From Monocercomonoides exilis PA203 (lineage: Eukaryota > Protista > Preaxostyla): a DNA stretch of 64,000 bases. Below the pieces are notes generated by a model. The model searched no databases. It had not been told where the DNA came from and worked only from the letters and a program-made list of their open reading frames with translations. The translations under genes were made by a program, and so were the position numbers. Shown one piece after another: positions 37,763 through 48,155 of the stretch; position 1 is the stretch's first letter; each line of letters starts with the position of its first letter. The stretch lies in contig LSRY02000031.1 in assembly GCA_001643675.2 (NCBI GenBank), forward strand, positions 620,001 to 684,000. Direction: 5' to 3'.

Positions 37763-37908
37763 ATCGGATTCTAACTATTGTGTACCTGGGAGGCTGTTCG
37801 TCGTATCCAGGTCCGGATAAAGCAGCCCGAAGGCTGCAATATCTAATACGAACAGTCATGTCCAGCACCCTTCCGATAGAGTGCCAGCTAAGCATACACA
37901 ACAACTAG
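37763..37908 (-). ncRNA. Structured RNA element (multi-branch fold plus likely pseudoknot) immediately 3' of the transposase stop codon
   Basis: 15-bp closing helix with G-U pairs that work only on the minus strand, GCAGCC-UUCG-GGCUGC hairpin, 10-bp stem with AUCGGA loop complementary to downstream UCCGAU; GC-rich island in AT-rich DNA. Confidence 0.6.
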
Positions 37909-37912
37909 TTTC

Positions 37913-40900
37913 TTAAAAAGGGACACTATTAATACAATTTTGAGATTCATTTAAAGATGAAGAGTCAAGAAGAAGATCAAATCTTCTTGAAAGAAGATCT
38001 TGAGAAGATTGAGAAAGAAGAGAAGAGTTAGATGATGTGATATCAGAGTGAAATGACTTTCTTGAACGTTGAACTTTTTCTTTCATTGTTGAAGATTCGA
38101 GGGCAACCAGAGAGCGTTGAGGAAGATATCCAACAGCAGATGCGCAGACAAATGAGCCCTTGCGCTCAAAGTATAAATAGTCCTTCATGTGAGGGACTGA
38201 CAGTGATGGCCATGAAATTTGCTGAGATGGTACATACTCTTCAAAGTACATCTCATGCACACACTCCTTGATAGATGTTGACGATGGGGAGTTGTTTGAT
38301 GAGGATGATTCAAAAATATTCAATTGTGAAGATGATGAAACAGATGTTGAAACATTCATATTGTTTTCGAAGAAGTTGATTAAGTCATGAAGTGTAGTGA
38401 TGTGTTCAGTTGATAGATTGTTGTCGATTGAATTAACTAATGCACCAAATTCACTATCACATATATTCTTTCCGTGGTGCTCAGCGAAGAAATTGAGTTG
38501 TGTATTTTTCTTTTTAAGAAGTTTTGATTGTTTGGAGAGGATGAAGTGAAGAAGGAAGCGATTTCGGTTGTGTGGACCTGAATCGCAGAAGAACTTAAAA
38601 GTGTGAGTGTCTGAGAAGAAGTGTCTTTTGATCACAGATTCCAGACACTCAATAACAAATCTGTGATCATTTGAGAGGCAGTCGGAGAAGAAGTTGAAAG
38701 TTCGTTTTATTTGTTGATTATTAATTTTTTGAAGAGAGATGATTGTGAATTGAGATACTTGTTGATAATTGAAGAATTCTTGTTGAAGTTGATTTTTTCT
38801 GATGGGGAGTTTCCATTTCTCTTTGAAGTCGAAGACGAAGACTGCTTCTCCCTCTTTCAAATTATCAACAGTTGATTGATAGTGTTTGCGTTGCATTTCT
38901 GCAACAAGACGATGTTGTCGAAGAAGTTTGAGTGTATGAAACTCTGTAGAAGAAAGTTTATTTTTGTTTTGAGATGACTTTAATTTGTTCTCAAGATAGT
39001 TCAACTTCTCACACATGCCGCAGAGGTCTGTGCGCCTTTTTGCTTTGGAGAAGTTGGTTGTGAGTTTGTAGAAGTGTGACAAAGAAACTTTAATATTTGT
39101 TTCTTCGGAAAACTCTTTCCATAATTTCGTCTTTGGCTTGAAGATTAATCTCTTTTCATTGGGAGAAAAGATGCCCGTTTTCTTTCTTCTTTCTTTTAGT
39201 GCTTCCAATCCATAGTTAGTTGTTATTGATGAAGAAAGTTGTGGAATGGAAGAAGAATGATGTGGTGGTGTGATAAACGATGATGATGGAGTTGTGTCTG
39301 TGTTTGTGTTGTTGATATTAAAAGATTGAGAAGAGGAGGAAGAAATAGAGGAACCACCAAATTGAATAGTTGGATGCGTAGATAGTGAGTTTTCTTTTAC
39401 GTAGAATGAAAGTGAAGGAGTGTAACCCTGTGCGTAAAGTTCTTTCCAAGTCTTAGTCCAATTGTCACTATCAAATTGTTTAATATCATCATCGTTGCAG
39501 GTGATCCACATCTTTCTAATTCCTTTCTTTCTTTCCACAACAGCAATGTAATGACCATTACTGTTATCAAACTGTTTGTGAAGAACTTGACCAATGAAAT
39601 GATAGAATGTTGTTTCTTTATTGTTGTGAAATGTTGAATCTTTTTCATTTGCATATCCTTTGCAAAATGAACGTTTGTTCGACAGATCAGTCTCGACAAG
39701 AAGCGTTCGAGAAGGTGGAGAACTTGCAGGATCAGTACATTCATGGGAGAGGGCAAGTACTTCTGGAAATGAAATCATTTCTTCCCACCTTGCAGTGCAG
39801 CATTTTTCTTTGCACTCTTCACAATATACACAATTTTTCCCATCTAGTATTTCAGTTGAAAACAAAGAAGACAAACCATTGTGAGTTGATGAAGAATTGA
39901 TGATTATGCTATTGTTGATGTTGTCGATGTGTGATGTGAGTTTTTGACATTTAAAACATTTGAAATGAGAAATCAAAATAGGACAGAAGCAATCTTTCTT
40001 TATCAATCCATCTTTTTCGAAAAGTCTATGAAGATTATCGAATGCCTCTGACACATTCTGCTGCTGCTTGCTTCCGTATCTGCAAAAATTTTCCCATTTG
40101 CTAACAATTGATGGGATCCATGAATGTACTTTTTTTCCATCTTTGAGGATTTGATTGCAAATACTCATCATTTGAAATGATAATGTTTGTTTTGAGCGTG
40201 TTTTTGAAATGATTGATGGTTTTTGTGAAGTGATTGAAGAAAAACACTGAAGAAGAGAGGCAAGATAACATGTGTTGCCTAAATTGATTAATCCTTTAAA
40301 ACTAGTGTTTGTTATGTTTGTTAAGTTTTGTGAATGTGATGAAGGAAATGGAGATGTTAACGGATTAGAAGGATGAAGATTCATTGTGTTGTTATTTGAA
40401 ATGTTTTTTAATGATCTATTATTGTTTGTTAATTCGTTTTGATTTGATTGAGGTGATTGTGATGGAGTAATTGAAATGTCATTATTTTTTGGAAATGTTG
40501 AGAGAAGATTTTGAAATGCCAGTGGAGGAATAAGAGAGGGAGAAGTGGCATATTCAATCAATTGACCACTAATCCACATATTTTCGTTGCTAAAGGATGA
40601 TGAAACTTTGTCTGTTGGAGGAGTATTATCTATTTCTTTCTTTTTCTTTCTAATTGATGATGATGATGAGGATGATGATGATGAGGATGATGAGGATGAT
40701 GATGATGAAGAAGACGATGATGATGAAGAAGAAGAAGATGATGATGAAGATGAGGATGATGAAAATGATGATGAAGTTTTTTCTTTGTAAAGTTTGTGAA
40801 TAGGAATCAGTGATGGAGAAGAATGACGATGATGAAATGAATTTTTTTGTTTAATTCTTATTGTCTTTCTTTCAGCACGAAGTGGAGTGCTGATTGGATT

Positions 40901-41766
40901 ATTTACTGTTTGAGAAGGTGTATTATTTGTAGAAGAAGGTTTCACAGATGGAATGACATTGGCATAGTTGCTGCTTTGATTTGTTTTTTTCGATGACGAA
41001 GATTGTTTTTTGTTTGAATTATTTTTTTCTGTAATAATAATATCATCCCATGCAGATTCCTCTATGAACTGTGCGTAATCTGGAATTTTTTTTGATCTTT
41101 TCTTGGCTGATTGTAATGAAGTTGATGCCTCTGTGGAATGGGCCAACATCCAATTGTTGCCCTTTTCCCAATCTTGTTCATTAAGACCTTAAAAAAAAAT
41201 AAAAAAAAATAATTGAAAAAATAAAAAAGCTGTAAAAAAAAGAAATCATTATAAAATTTAATACAAACCACTTTTACATGATGGTGGGTGAGGCAATTGT
41301 GCTGGTATTAAAAATCCTTGGTTTTTTGTAAGAGTTTGTTTTGCATAATTATACTTTCCTTCAGTAATGTCAAATCCATAGTCCAGAAGCTCAGATAATG
41401 ATGCATTGCGCGTCAGTGCTTGTAGGATCATCGTTTGCGTGTGTAATTGTGCGTTCTTGTACACAACTGAGAGATCTTTCAGAAGTATTTCGTAATATTC
41501 TAAGTTTTTTAAATAACAAAAAAATAAATATTAATAATTAATGAATATAATAATAGATAAATTAAAGTTATTAACAATCAAAAAATTTTGAAGTCCAAAC
41601 CATTCAAGGATTTCAGCAAATCATTAATTACTGAAGATGATTTTCTGTAGTTGTAAAACAGATAGACGAGCAATGAATCAACGTCATCTCCACCGATGCG
41701 TTGGATTTCTTTCCACAGAACGTTGCATCGTGAATTTAAAGTTGACTCTTGTTTTGAAAATGACAT
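37913..41766 (-). CDS. Sola-like DDD transposase with embedded ubiquitin-specific protease (peptidase C19) domain; exons 41766-41601, 41499-41269, 41187-37913 (~1223 aa)
   Basis: USP: GLINLGNTCYLASLLQ, QQQNVSEAF, CFKC/CEEC, GHYIAVV, WITCNDDDI. Transposase: IKVSLSHFYKL, TDLCGMCE, VFVFDFKEK, FFCDSGPHNRN, FFAEHHGKNICDSEFG. Two GTTTG...AG phase-1 introns join the exons in frame (3672 nt). Confidence 0.85.
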
Positions 41767-41946
41767 TTTTTTGATAATTACAATTTATTATGGAATTATT
41801 ATCAATAAATAATAAAAATGACAACTCTACTTTTATCACTTTTATTGAATTTTCAATAAAAAAATTTCGACAAACAATTACAAATAAAGACTTTTTAACT
41901 CAAAAAATAAATAAAAATTTTGAATTTATATTAAATTACAAATTGG

Positions 41947-42545
41947 ACAATAAAAAAATAAAAACCAATTTTGGATGACTTGTTTGCATTAATAAAGCAA
42001 TAATATTCACAAATAAAATGAAACAAAAATAAAAAATTTTGAAAAATTTTTGAAATTTTTGATCATAAAAAATACAAATTATTATTAATGGCGCCATTAA
42101 GAATACCATGATCTATTTTGCTCAGTGTGAATAAATAACGATAATAAACATGTCTGATGCTTTTTTTTGAAAATCTGTTAGTGGAAAAAGTTGGTAATAA
42201 TTTGTTTTTTAACATATTTTTTATTTGGGATGAAGTGTTGTGTGAAATGAATTGTTTCCCATGCACCGTCTTCGAAGATTTTTCTTATTATTTTACAGTT
42301 ATTCTATATATTTAATATGTGAGAACGTTTGACATATAACGACAAAGCTGCATAAAAGGTTTGGAACAAATCGTTGTTATTTTTCATTAATATAAGAATT
42401 TTGACCTATTTGTCTAGAAACTGGTAATTTTGTTTGGCACATAGACAATTTTTGATGAAACAAACAGAAAGACTATTCAATGTGACTTTATTAATTCTTG
42501 TTCATTTTTGACGAAGTTTGTTTTTATTATCAGTTTGTAATACAT
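41947..42545 (-). repeat. Right terminal inverted repeat
   Basis: Reverse complement of 36349-36949; the last few bases are degenerate. Confidence 0.9.
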
Positions 42546-44744
42546 TATGAAAAATGCATGCTTTTTATTTTGAATAAGATTTTGAACAATCAACTTTGAA
42601 CTTGCTCTTATTCTCACTAACCAACATTTTTTAGAGGGATTTGCTTGTTGACTTCAACGACAATTTTGTTTGTGTCTTTATTGGTGATCTGCAGCGAATC
42701 GCCTGTCGAACAACATTGGCTTTAATAAGTGAGAATACTTAAGTTTTTTGTACATTTGAACCCATTCAATAAAATTACCAATAATCTCTACATAAAATGT
42801 TATGAAAGAGCGATTTTTCATTTGATGCTGTTTGTTGATTTTTTATTTTTTTGATAATATTGCTTTTATCTCATTTCTTGTTAATCAAATTGATCTTTTT
42901 CAATATTTTATTTCAATAAATACAATCAATTAGTTTCAAAACATAAGTCAATTCCTCATCTTATAATTTTTTCAATCAGTTTTGATTGAGAAGAATGTGC
43001 AATGAATCTTTTCAATGTGCTCTTTCCAGCATTTCTGTTGCTATTGGAAATAGAGCAGATAAAAAAGATTGAACTGGGAACCAAATACACCGCCTTTTCT
43101 GCTACGACTGTTATCTCTGTGATACAGCTGACTGTTCATCCCCTATACATCCAGACTTCCTCTTCTCACAAACCACAAAACATTTCTTCTTTTTGTCGTC
43201 AATGTCTTTTTCTTCTTCTTCTTCCTTTCATAACTGTCGTCCACAAACCGCTTTATTGTTTTTATGATCGAAAAAGTCGAATGCACATCACAAAAAGCAG
43301 AAATTCTCTCCTCATTCAAACAAAAGACCTCCTCTTTTCACTGACACTCCATTTCTTTTGTTAATAACACTCCATTCAGATTCTTCTGAACTTCTTCTAA
43401 TCTTCCTCTCAATAGTTCCATTTGGTATCGACACTTCGTATTAGCTCCCACAAAATGCTCTCTTTCATATAACAACTCTTTTAATGGCATCTCTTTCATG
43501 GACTTCATCGCAACAACAACCAAAGCTGCCAAATGTTCGCACATCACATTCTATAACAGATCTTCAACATTTTCCAAATCATCGCAACGTTCTTCTTCTT
43601 CTTTTTTGATGTCCTCCTCCTGCAGAATGGGACATTAATAAACAGATCGCTCAATTCTGCACATCGTATTCATATGCTTTCACACCTTAAGCGCATTCCT
43701 CAATCAATAACGTCGTTTCTTCCTTCCTCTCTCCAAGCTTTGTACCACCGCTACTGGGTATTTCAAGCACACGTATTTAAAAACAAAAACACAACAGACA
43801 GAAAAATGGAGTCTTTTGCATCATTTTTCTTCTATTACTTACAGCTGCGTCGGATGATGAGTTGAAGAAATTGTTGTTCCCTATGAGAAATTTATCAATG
43901 ACAAATAGGTTAGATGATGAAAGATAATGTCAGAGAAGGAGAGAGAAAGTGAAAAAGAAGGAAGAGAAATTGAAAAGACTGAAGATGAAGATAAAGAGAT
44001 ATCTGCGGAGCAATGCAGATAAAACATCATTTTCTTAATCTGTTTCTTTCTCTATTTCTGCTTTATCTTCTTTTCTTTCTCTTTCTTATAGTTCCTTCTC
44101 ACTCACTGGAATGGATTCAGATACTGGCAGATATATAGATACAAAAAATGACTCAAAACTGTCTTTTTTTATTCTATCGTACGGACAACTTCTTATGAAG
44201 ATGGAACAGAAGGAAGATGTTATGATAAAGAAGATGGTGAAAATGGACAATAAGGAAATGATAAAGAAGATGATTGTTTAATCTCAACTTCTTCTTCTTC
44301 TTCTTTTGATTCTTCAACATCGTCATCAAAAACAGCAGAAGTCGAATTCTTCAAGAAAGAAAAAATAGAAAACGATTCATCTTCATCTTCATCTTCCTCT
44401 TCATCCGAACAGTCAGAAGTGAATTCTTCACAAGAAAGAGCCGAAAAAGCAGAAAATGATGAAATCATCGAAGGCTTCAAAAGAAAACATGCGCCACGTA
44501 TACATCTTCCTGTGATCCTTCCGCCTCAAGAAGCAACTCTTCAGAATCCGTCTTAGGTGCTTCGAAGTCAAAGACAGAGAAAAAGCAATCAAAATTCAAC
44601 ACAAACCTTTTTGACACATTCGATTGCTGGCATTGGCACAGGAAGAGGAACATCTCCTTCTTCAATGAAAAATAAATCTTTTCTTTCTCTTCCTCAATCA
44701 TCTCCTTCACCCTCTCCTTCATCTTCATCTTCCTCTTCTTCTCC

Positions 44745-47030
44745 AGCAGTAACTGACCTCTCTCTCCATCCCAAACCACCTCATCGTTCTGAGATTGCTA
44801 TGGCTCGCCGCATAAGAGCAATGCATTCTCTCCTCCGCCGACGCTATCTCAACCGCTGCGCGCAAGTTGCTTCTGCTTCATGTTCACAGTGCTCTTCTTA
44901 ATCTACTTCTTCCTCCTCGTTTCTTCGCTCTTCCAGAAACAGAATTCCGACAGGCAAAGAGCAGCAGATAAAGAGGATGAAGCAACAGCTCAGAGGAAGA
45001 AGGAAAAGGTAATATTTTGTTTTCCCACCAGATGTGTTTGAGGCGCTGCCGCTGTTTGCAGAATTTCGGATGGTGGAGCGGAATGCTGAGAATCTGAAGA
45101 AGAGGAAGGGAGAAAGAGAGAGAGCGAAGGAAAGAGAGAGAGGAAAAAAGAACAAGATTATTTATTAAGTTGAGGAAGGTATTGAAGCCTGTAAATGATG
45201 AAAATAACAATGATGAAGAAAATGATAATAAAACAAAAGCAGAAGAAAACGAGAGTTTATCATTGATGAGAAGAAATTCTTTGAAGGAATCGAAGAAAAA
45301 GAAAGAAACTGAATGCCTTTCTGTCAGCTCCATCATCAATGATGAAGAACAACGAAAAGAGAAGAGACACAAACAGAGAGAAAAAAAGAGATTGATGCGA
45401 AAGTGTTTCCAGGCACTTGAGTTTCAACGTGATTCTGTTGTGAATGAAGTGCTTTTGATGTTCAGACAAAACAAGCCGATTTCTCCAGCACCGATTGACG
45501 ACTCGATAAAAAGACCAGGAATTAATGAAAATGCTGCAAAAAGTGAGGGTGGTGATAAAGAAGATGAGAAAAAAGAGAAAGAAGTCAATAATCCTGTGAA
45601 TGCAGATGGAAACAAGGAAGAAGAGAAAGGATATGAAGAAAACAATAAAGATGCGACGAAAAAGGATAAGATGATTCAAACAACGATGAAAACGAAGAAG
45701 TGAAATTGGAGGATTCAATGAACAACACCAAAGAAGCTGTTTCTAAAGCAATGAAAATAAAACGGAAGCAGAAAAGAAAACTAATGCAAAAGAGTCCATA
45801 ACAAACAAAAAAGAAGAAACACATTCCGAAGAGCCTTAATGAGAGCCTTTTTCATAGGAAAAGCAGCAAAAACAACTCCCTTTCCCCCACCTTCACCTTC
45901 ACATTCTCCTCAACCTAAACAACATTCTTCAGCAAGAGATGCCTTTGCAACGATACACTTTGCACGAGGGAAGCGAAAGGAAGGCGGATGGAGATGGAGA
46001 GAGGAGATGTTGGTGCAGCAACAATGCTATTGTCACCTGCTGTTGGAGGAGGAGGAATTGGAGGAGGAGGAGGAGGAGGGGTGAAGTTTGGTGTGATGGG
46101 GATGAAGGATTTGAACAAAGAAGTGACAAGGGCGATGCAAGATGAGTTTCAGAATGAGAAAGTGAAAGAGAACGATGAAGAAGCGAAGATCACATTTAAT
46201 ACATTGGAATCTGATGATCAGAGAGAAAACCTGCTTCGGCTGATGAAACTGCAGGAGATACAAAAGAAGAAGAAGGAGAAAGAAGAGCAGAAGCACAGGA
46301 AAATGGAAAAAATGGCGAAGAAGATAGAGGAGAAAGACAAAAATCTGTTTTGCAGCATCCAAGGAATATTATAAAAACATCTTGATACAAACCAGAAGGA
46401 GAACAAAATGGTAAGCGATGCACTGCAAGAGGCGAAAGAAAGCCAAACTCCATTTTTGACAAGAGAGCGGTAATTGGACTGCATGCTTAATGATGTAGCT
46501 AATTCTGACTTTGATGATTTGAGCGATGAACTGGATGTGCCTTGCCGTTATGTGCGTATCAAAAGCGAGGAAAACGGGCAATTTGTGTGGAAGATGCAAA
46601 AATTGCCTGTGTATGCAGCAGTCGACGCGAGGCAGACAAGAACGCGGTTGGATCTGATGAGTGCGCTGAAGAGTGGGCTGAGGCAGAGCCGGGCAGAGTT
46701 GAGAAGAGGAAGGGGGATGAAGTGGAGGGGCTAGTGGACATCCAAAGAGGAAGCAGAGGCTGCACTCATGAAAAGAAAGGAAAGGAGCAGGGAAAGGATC
46801 AACTCTGCTGTTTCAGAAGGAGAAAGGGAAAAGAACATTCATCCAGAGCAGCGTGCCTGGACTAAGAGATGAGCTGTCGTTCTCAATATTGGTATCTTTT
46901 CTCACTTCGCAGAATTCAATGGTGATGAATCTGATGCAGAAATGTCCTTCACTCAATTTGGAAGCGCCTTTTGATTCAACTGCAGAATTTGACGCAAATT
47001 CAAACATTGCTCTTCATCCTCTTTCTCACT
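44745..47030 (+). pseudogene. Pseudogenised copy B of the same unknown gene as 32370-33835, with ~0.8 kb of extra internal sequence
   Basis: Shared peptide blocks with copy A; in-frame stops (RRKR*YFV, IQGIL*). Confidence 0.6.
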
Positions 47031-47885
47031 GAACTTCATCACTTGTCAATTCTTCCTTGTTTATGAACATCCAACAACAATCTTCTCCTTCTCTCTGAAC
47101 ATCTTTATCTCCTTCCCTTTTTTCTCAAACTGTTCATCCATCTTCAACTAATTCAGCTATTCCAAGCCTCCTTCCGCTATCACTTCCTGCCTTAACTTCT
47201 TCGTCTCCTTCTTTTTCATTCAACTCCCCTCGAATTCATCGTCAGGCCTCATCTTTCATTTCTATTCAGAATCACAGATAATTATTTATTCTAATAATGA
47301 ATAACAGCTGAAAGTTTATTACGACGGAAGCGATTCTCCACAAAGCAAAAAATAGTTTGCACGTTATCAACAACTGAATCAATTCTGGCCTTTTCATTTG
47401 GAAGCTGAAGCATATGAAGTGAAAAGGAAATGGCATAAAAGCAATTTTTCTTTGGAATGAATAAGTTTGAAAATATCCTTCGACTGATTACACATCTCCA
47501 AAATTACAGCGAATTGTTGAAAATGAAACGATGAGTGAGAAAAGCAATTTTGAGGAAAAGGCTAAAGTGAAGAGAAATTTTTTGAGCCTCTAGCGCTGAT
47601 TGGATACAAGTTAGTTGGAATCAGAAAATTGAAGAAAGTATAATCTGAGAAAATTTTTAGATATGCTTGAAGAAATGTATTTTGAAGATACGACAGCAAT
47701 GAATCTTTTTTCATGAGCTTAATTTGTAGTTGATGAAGAAAAGAAAATAATTGAGGTAATGACGAAGAAATGTTTTTGTTTAGTTGATGGTATGAGTTTC
47801 AGAAAAAAATAATGATGATATATACTCCAATTGAAAAAGCTATGATAGCTTATGAATTTTTCTATGATATGGAAAATGAAAGAAT

Positions 47886-48155
47886 TTATATGAGAACCTG
47901 AAAAAATACATCTTTTCCATAAATTTTTGTGTCAACTGTGCTGAAAGTGAGTGTTTGAGTTTGAGTAAATATTGAGGTGAGGAGGGTGAGGGAGGCGTCT
48001 TGCAGGAGGGAAATGAAGCCGGTGAGGGCATACTCGATGTTGGCACATGGGGTCTGTTGGGGTCTGCCACAGGCATAAGCATCAGTTCCTCTGTTAGAAA
48101 CGATTTTATTCAAAGTGATAAAGAGGATCCAGATATTGAACTTGACTTTATCCAA
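47886..48155 (-). pseudogene. Fragment or single exon of a CG-x4-PC repeat surface protein related to the 2590 aa protein family
   Basis: GTDAYACGRPQQTPCANIEYAL resembles DFSKCGFEEFPCSSISKAV and NVVVCGLLEYPCRSVDYGV; no continuation recognised. Confidence 0.45.

Larger units (their letters stand above)
36349..42545. mobile_element. ~6.2 kb DNA transposon with ~600 bp TIRs, Sola-like (most like Sola2), encoding a USP-transposase fusion
   Basis: 36349-36949 is the inverted copy of 41947-~42545; left end begins 5'-GAG; internal gene has DDD-type transposase motifs. Right terminus degenerate and no clear TSD. Confidence 0.85.

Noticed and set aside
37807-37837. Plus-strand CAGGTCCGGATAAAGCAGCC resembles the SRP RNA helix 8 motif (CAGGUCCGGAAGGAAGCAGCC)
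   Set aside because: The tetraloop stem cannot form, and the G-U pairs and UUCG loop favour the minus strand; likely coincidence.
37900-37922. Canonical -1 frameshift heptamer C_CCU_UUU in frame just before the transposase UAA, 7 nt from the RNA structure
   Set aside because: The -1 frame hits UAG after three codons (L-R-N) and zero-frame readthrough stops after 18 codons, so no meaningful extension results in this copy. Worth rechecking only if other copies lack that UAG.
37913-39100. Fanzor/TnpB interpretation (transposon ORF followed by a structured RNA)
   Set aside because: No RuvC-I/II/III motifs or terminal zinc finger plus RDxNA are present; the motifs fit a DDD transposase.
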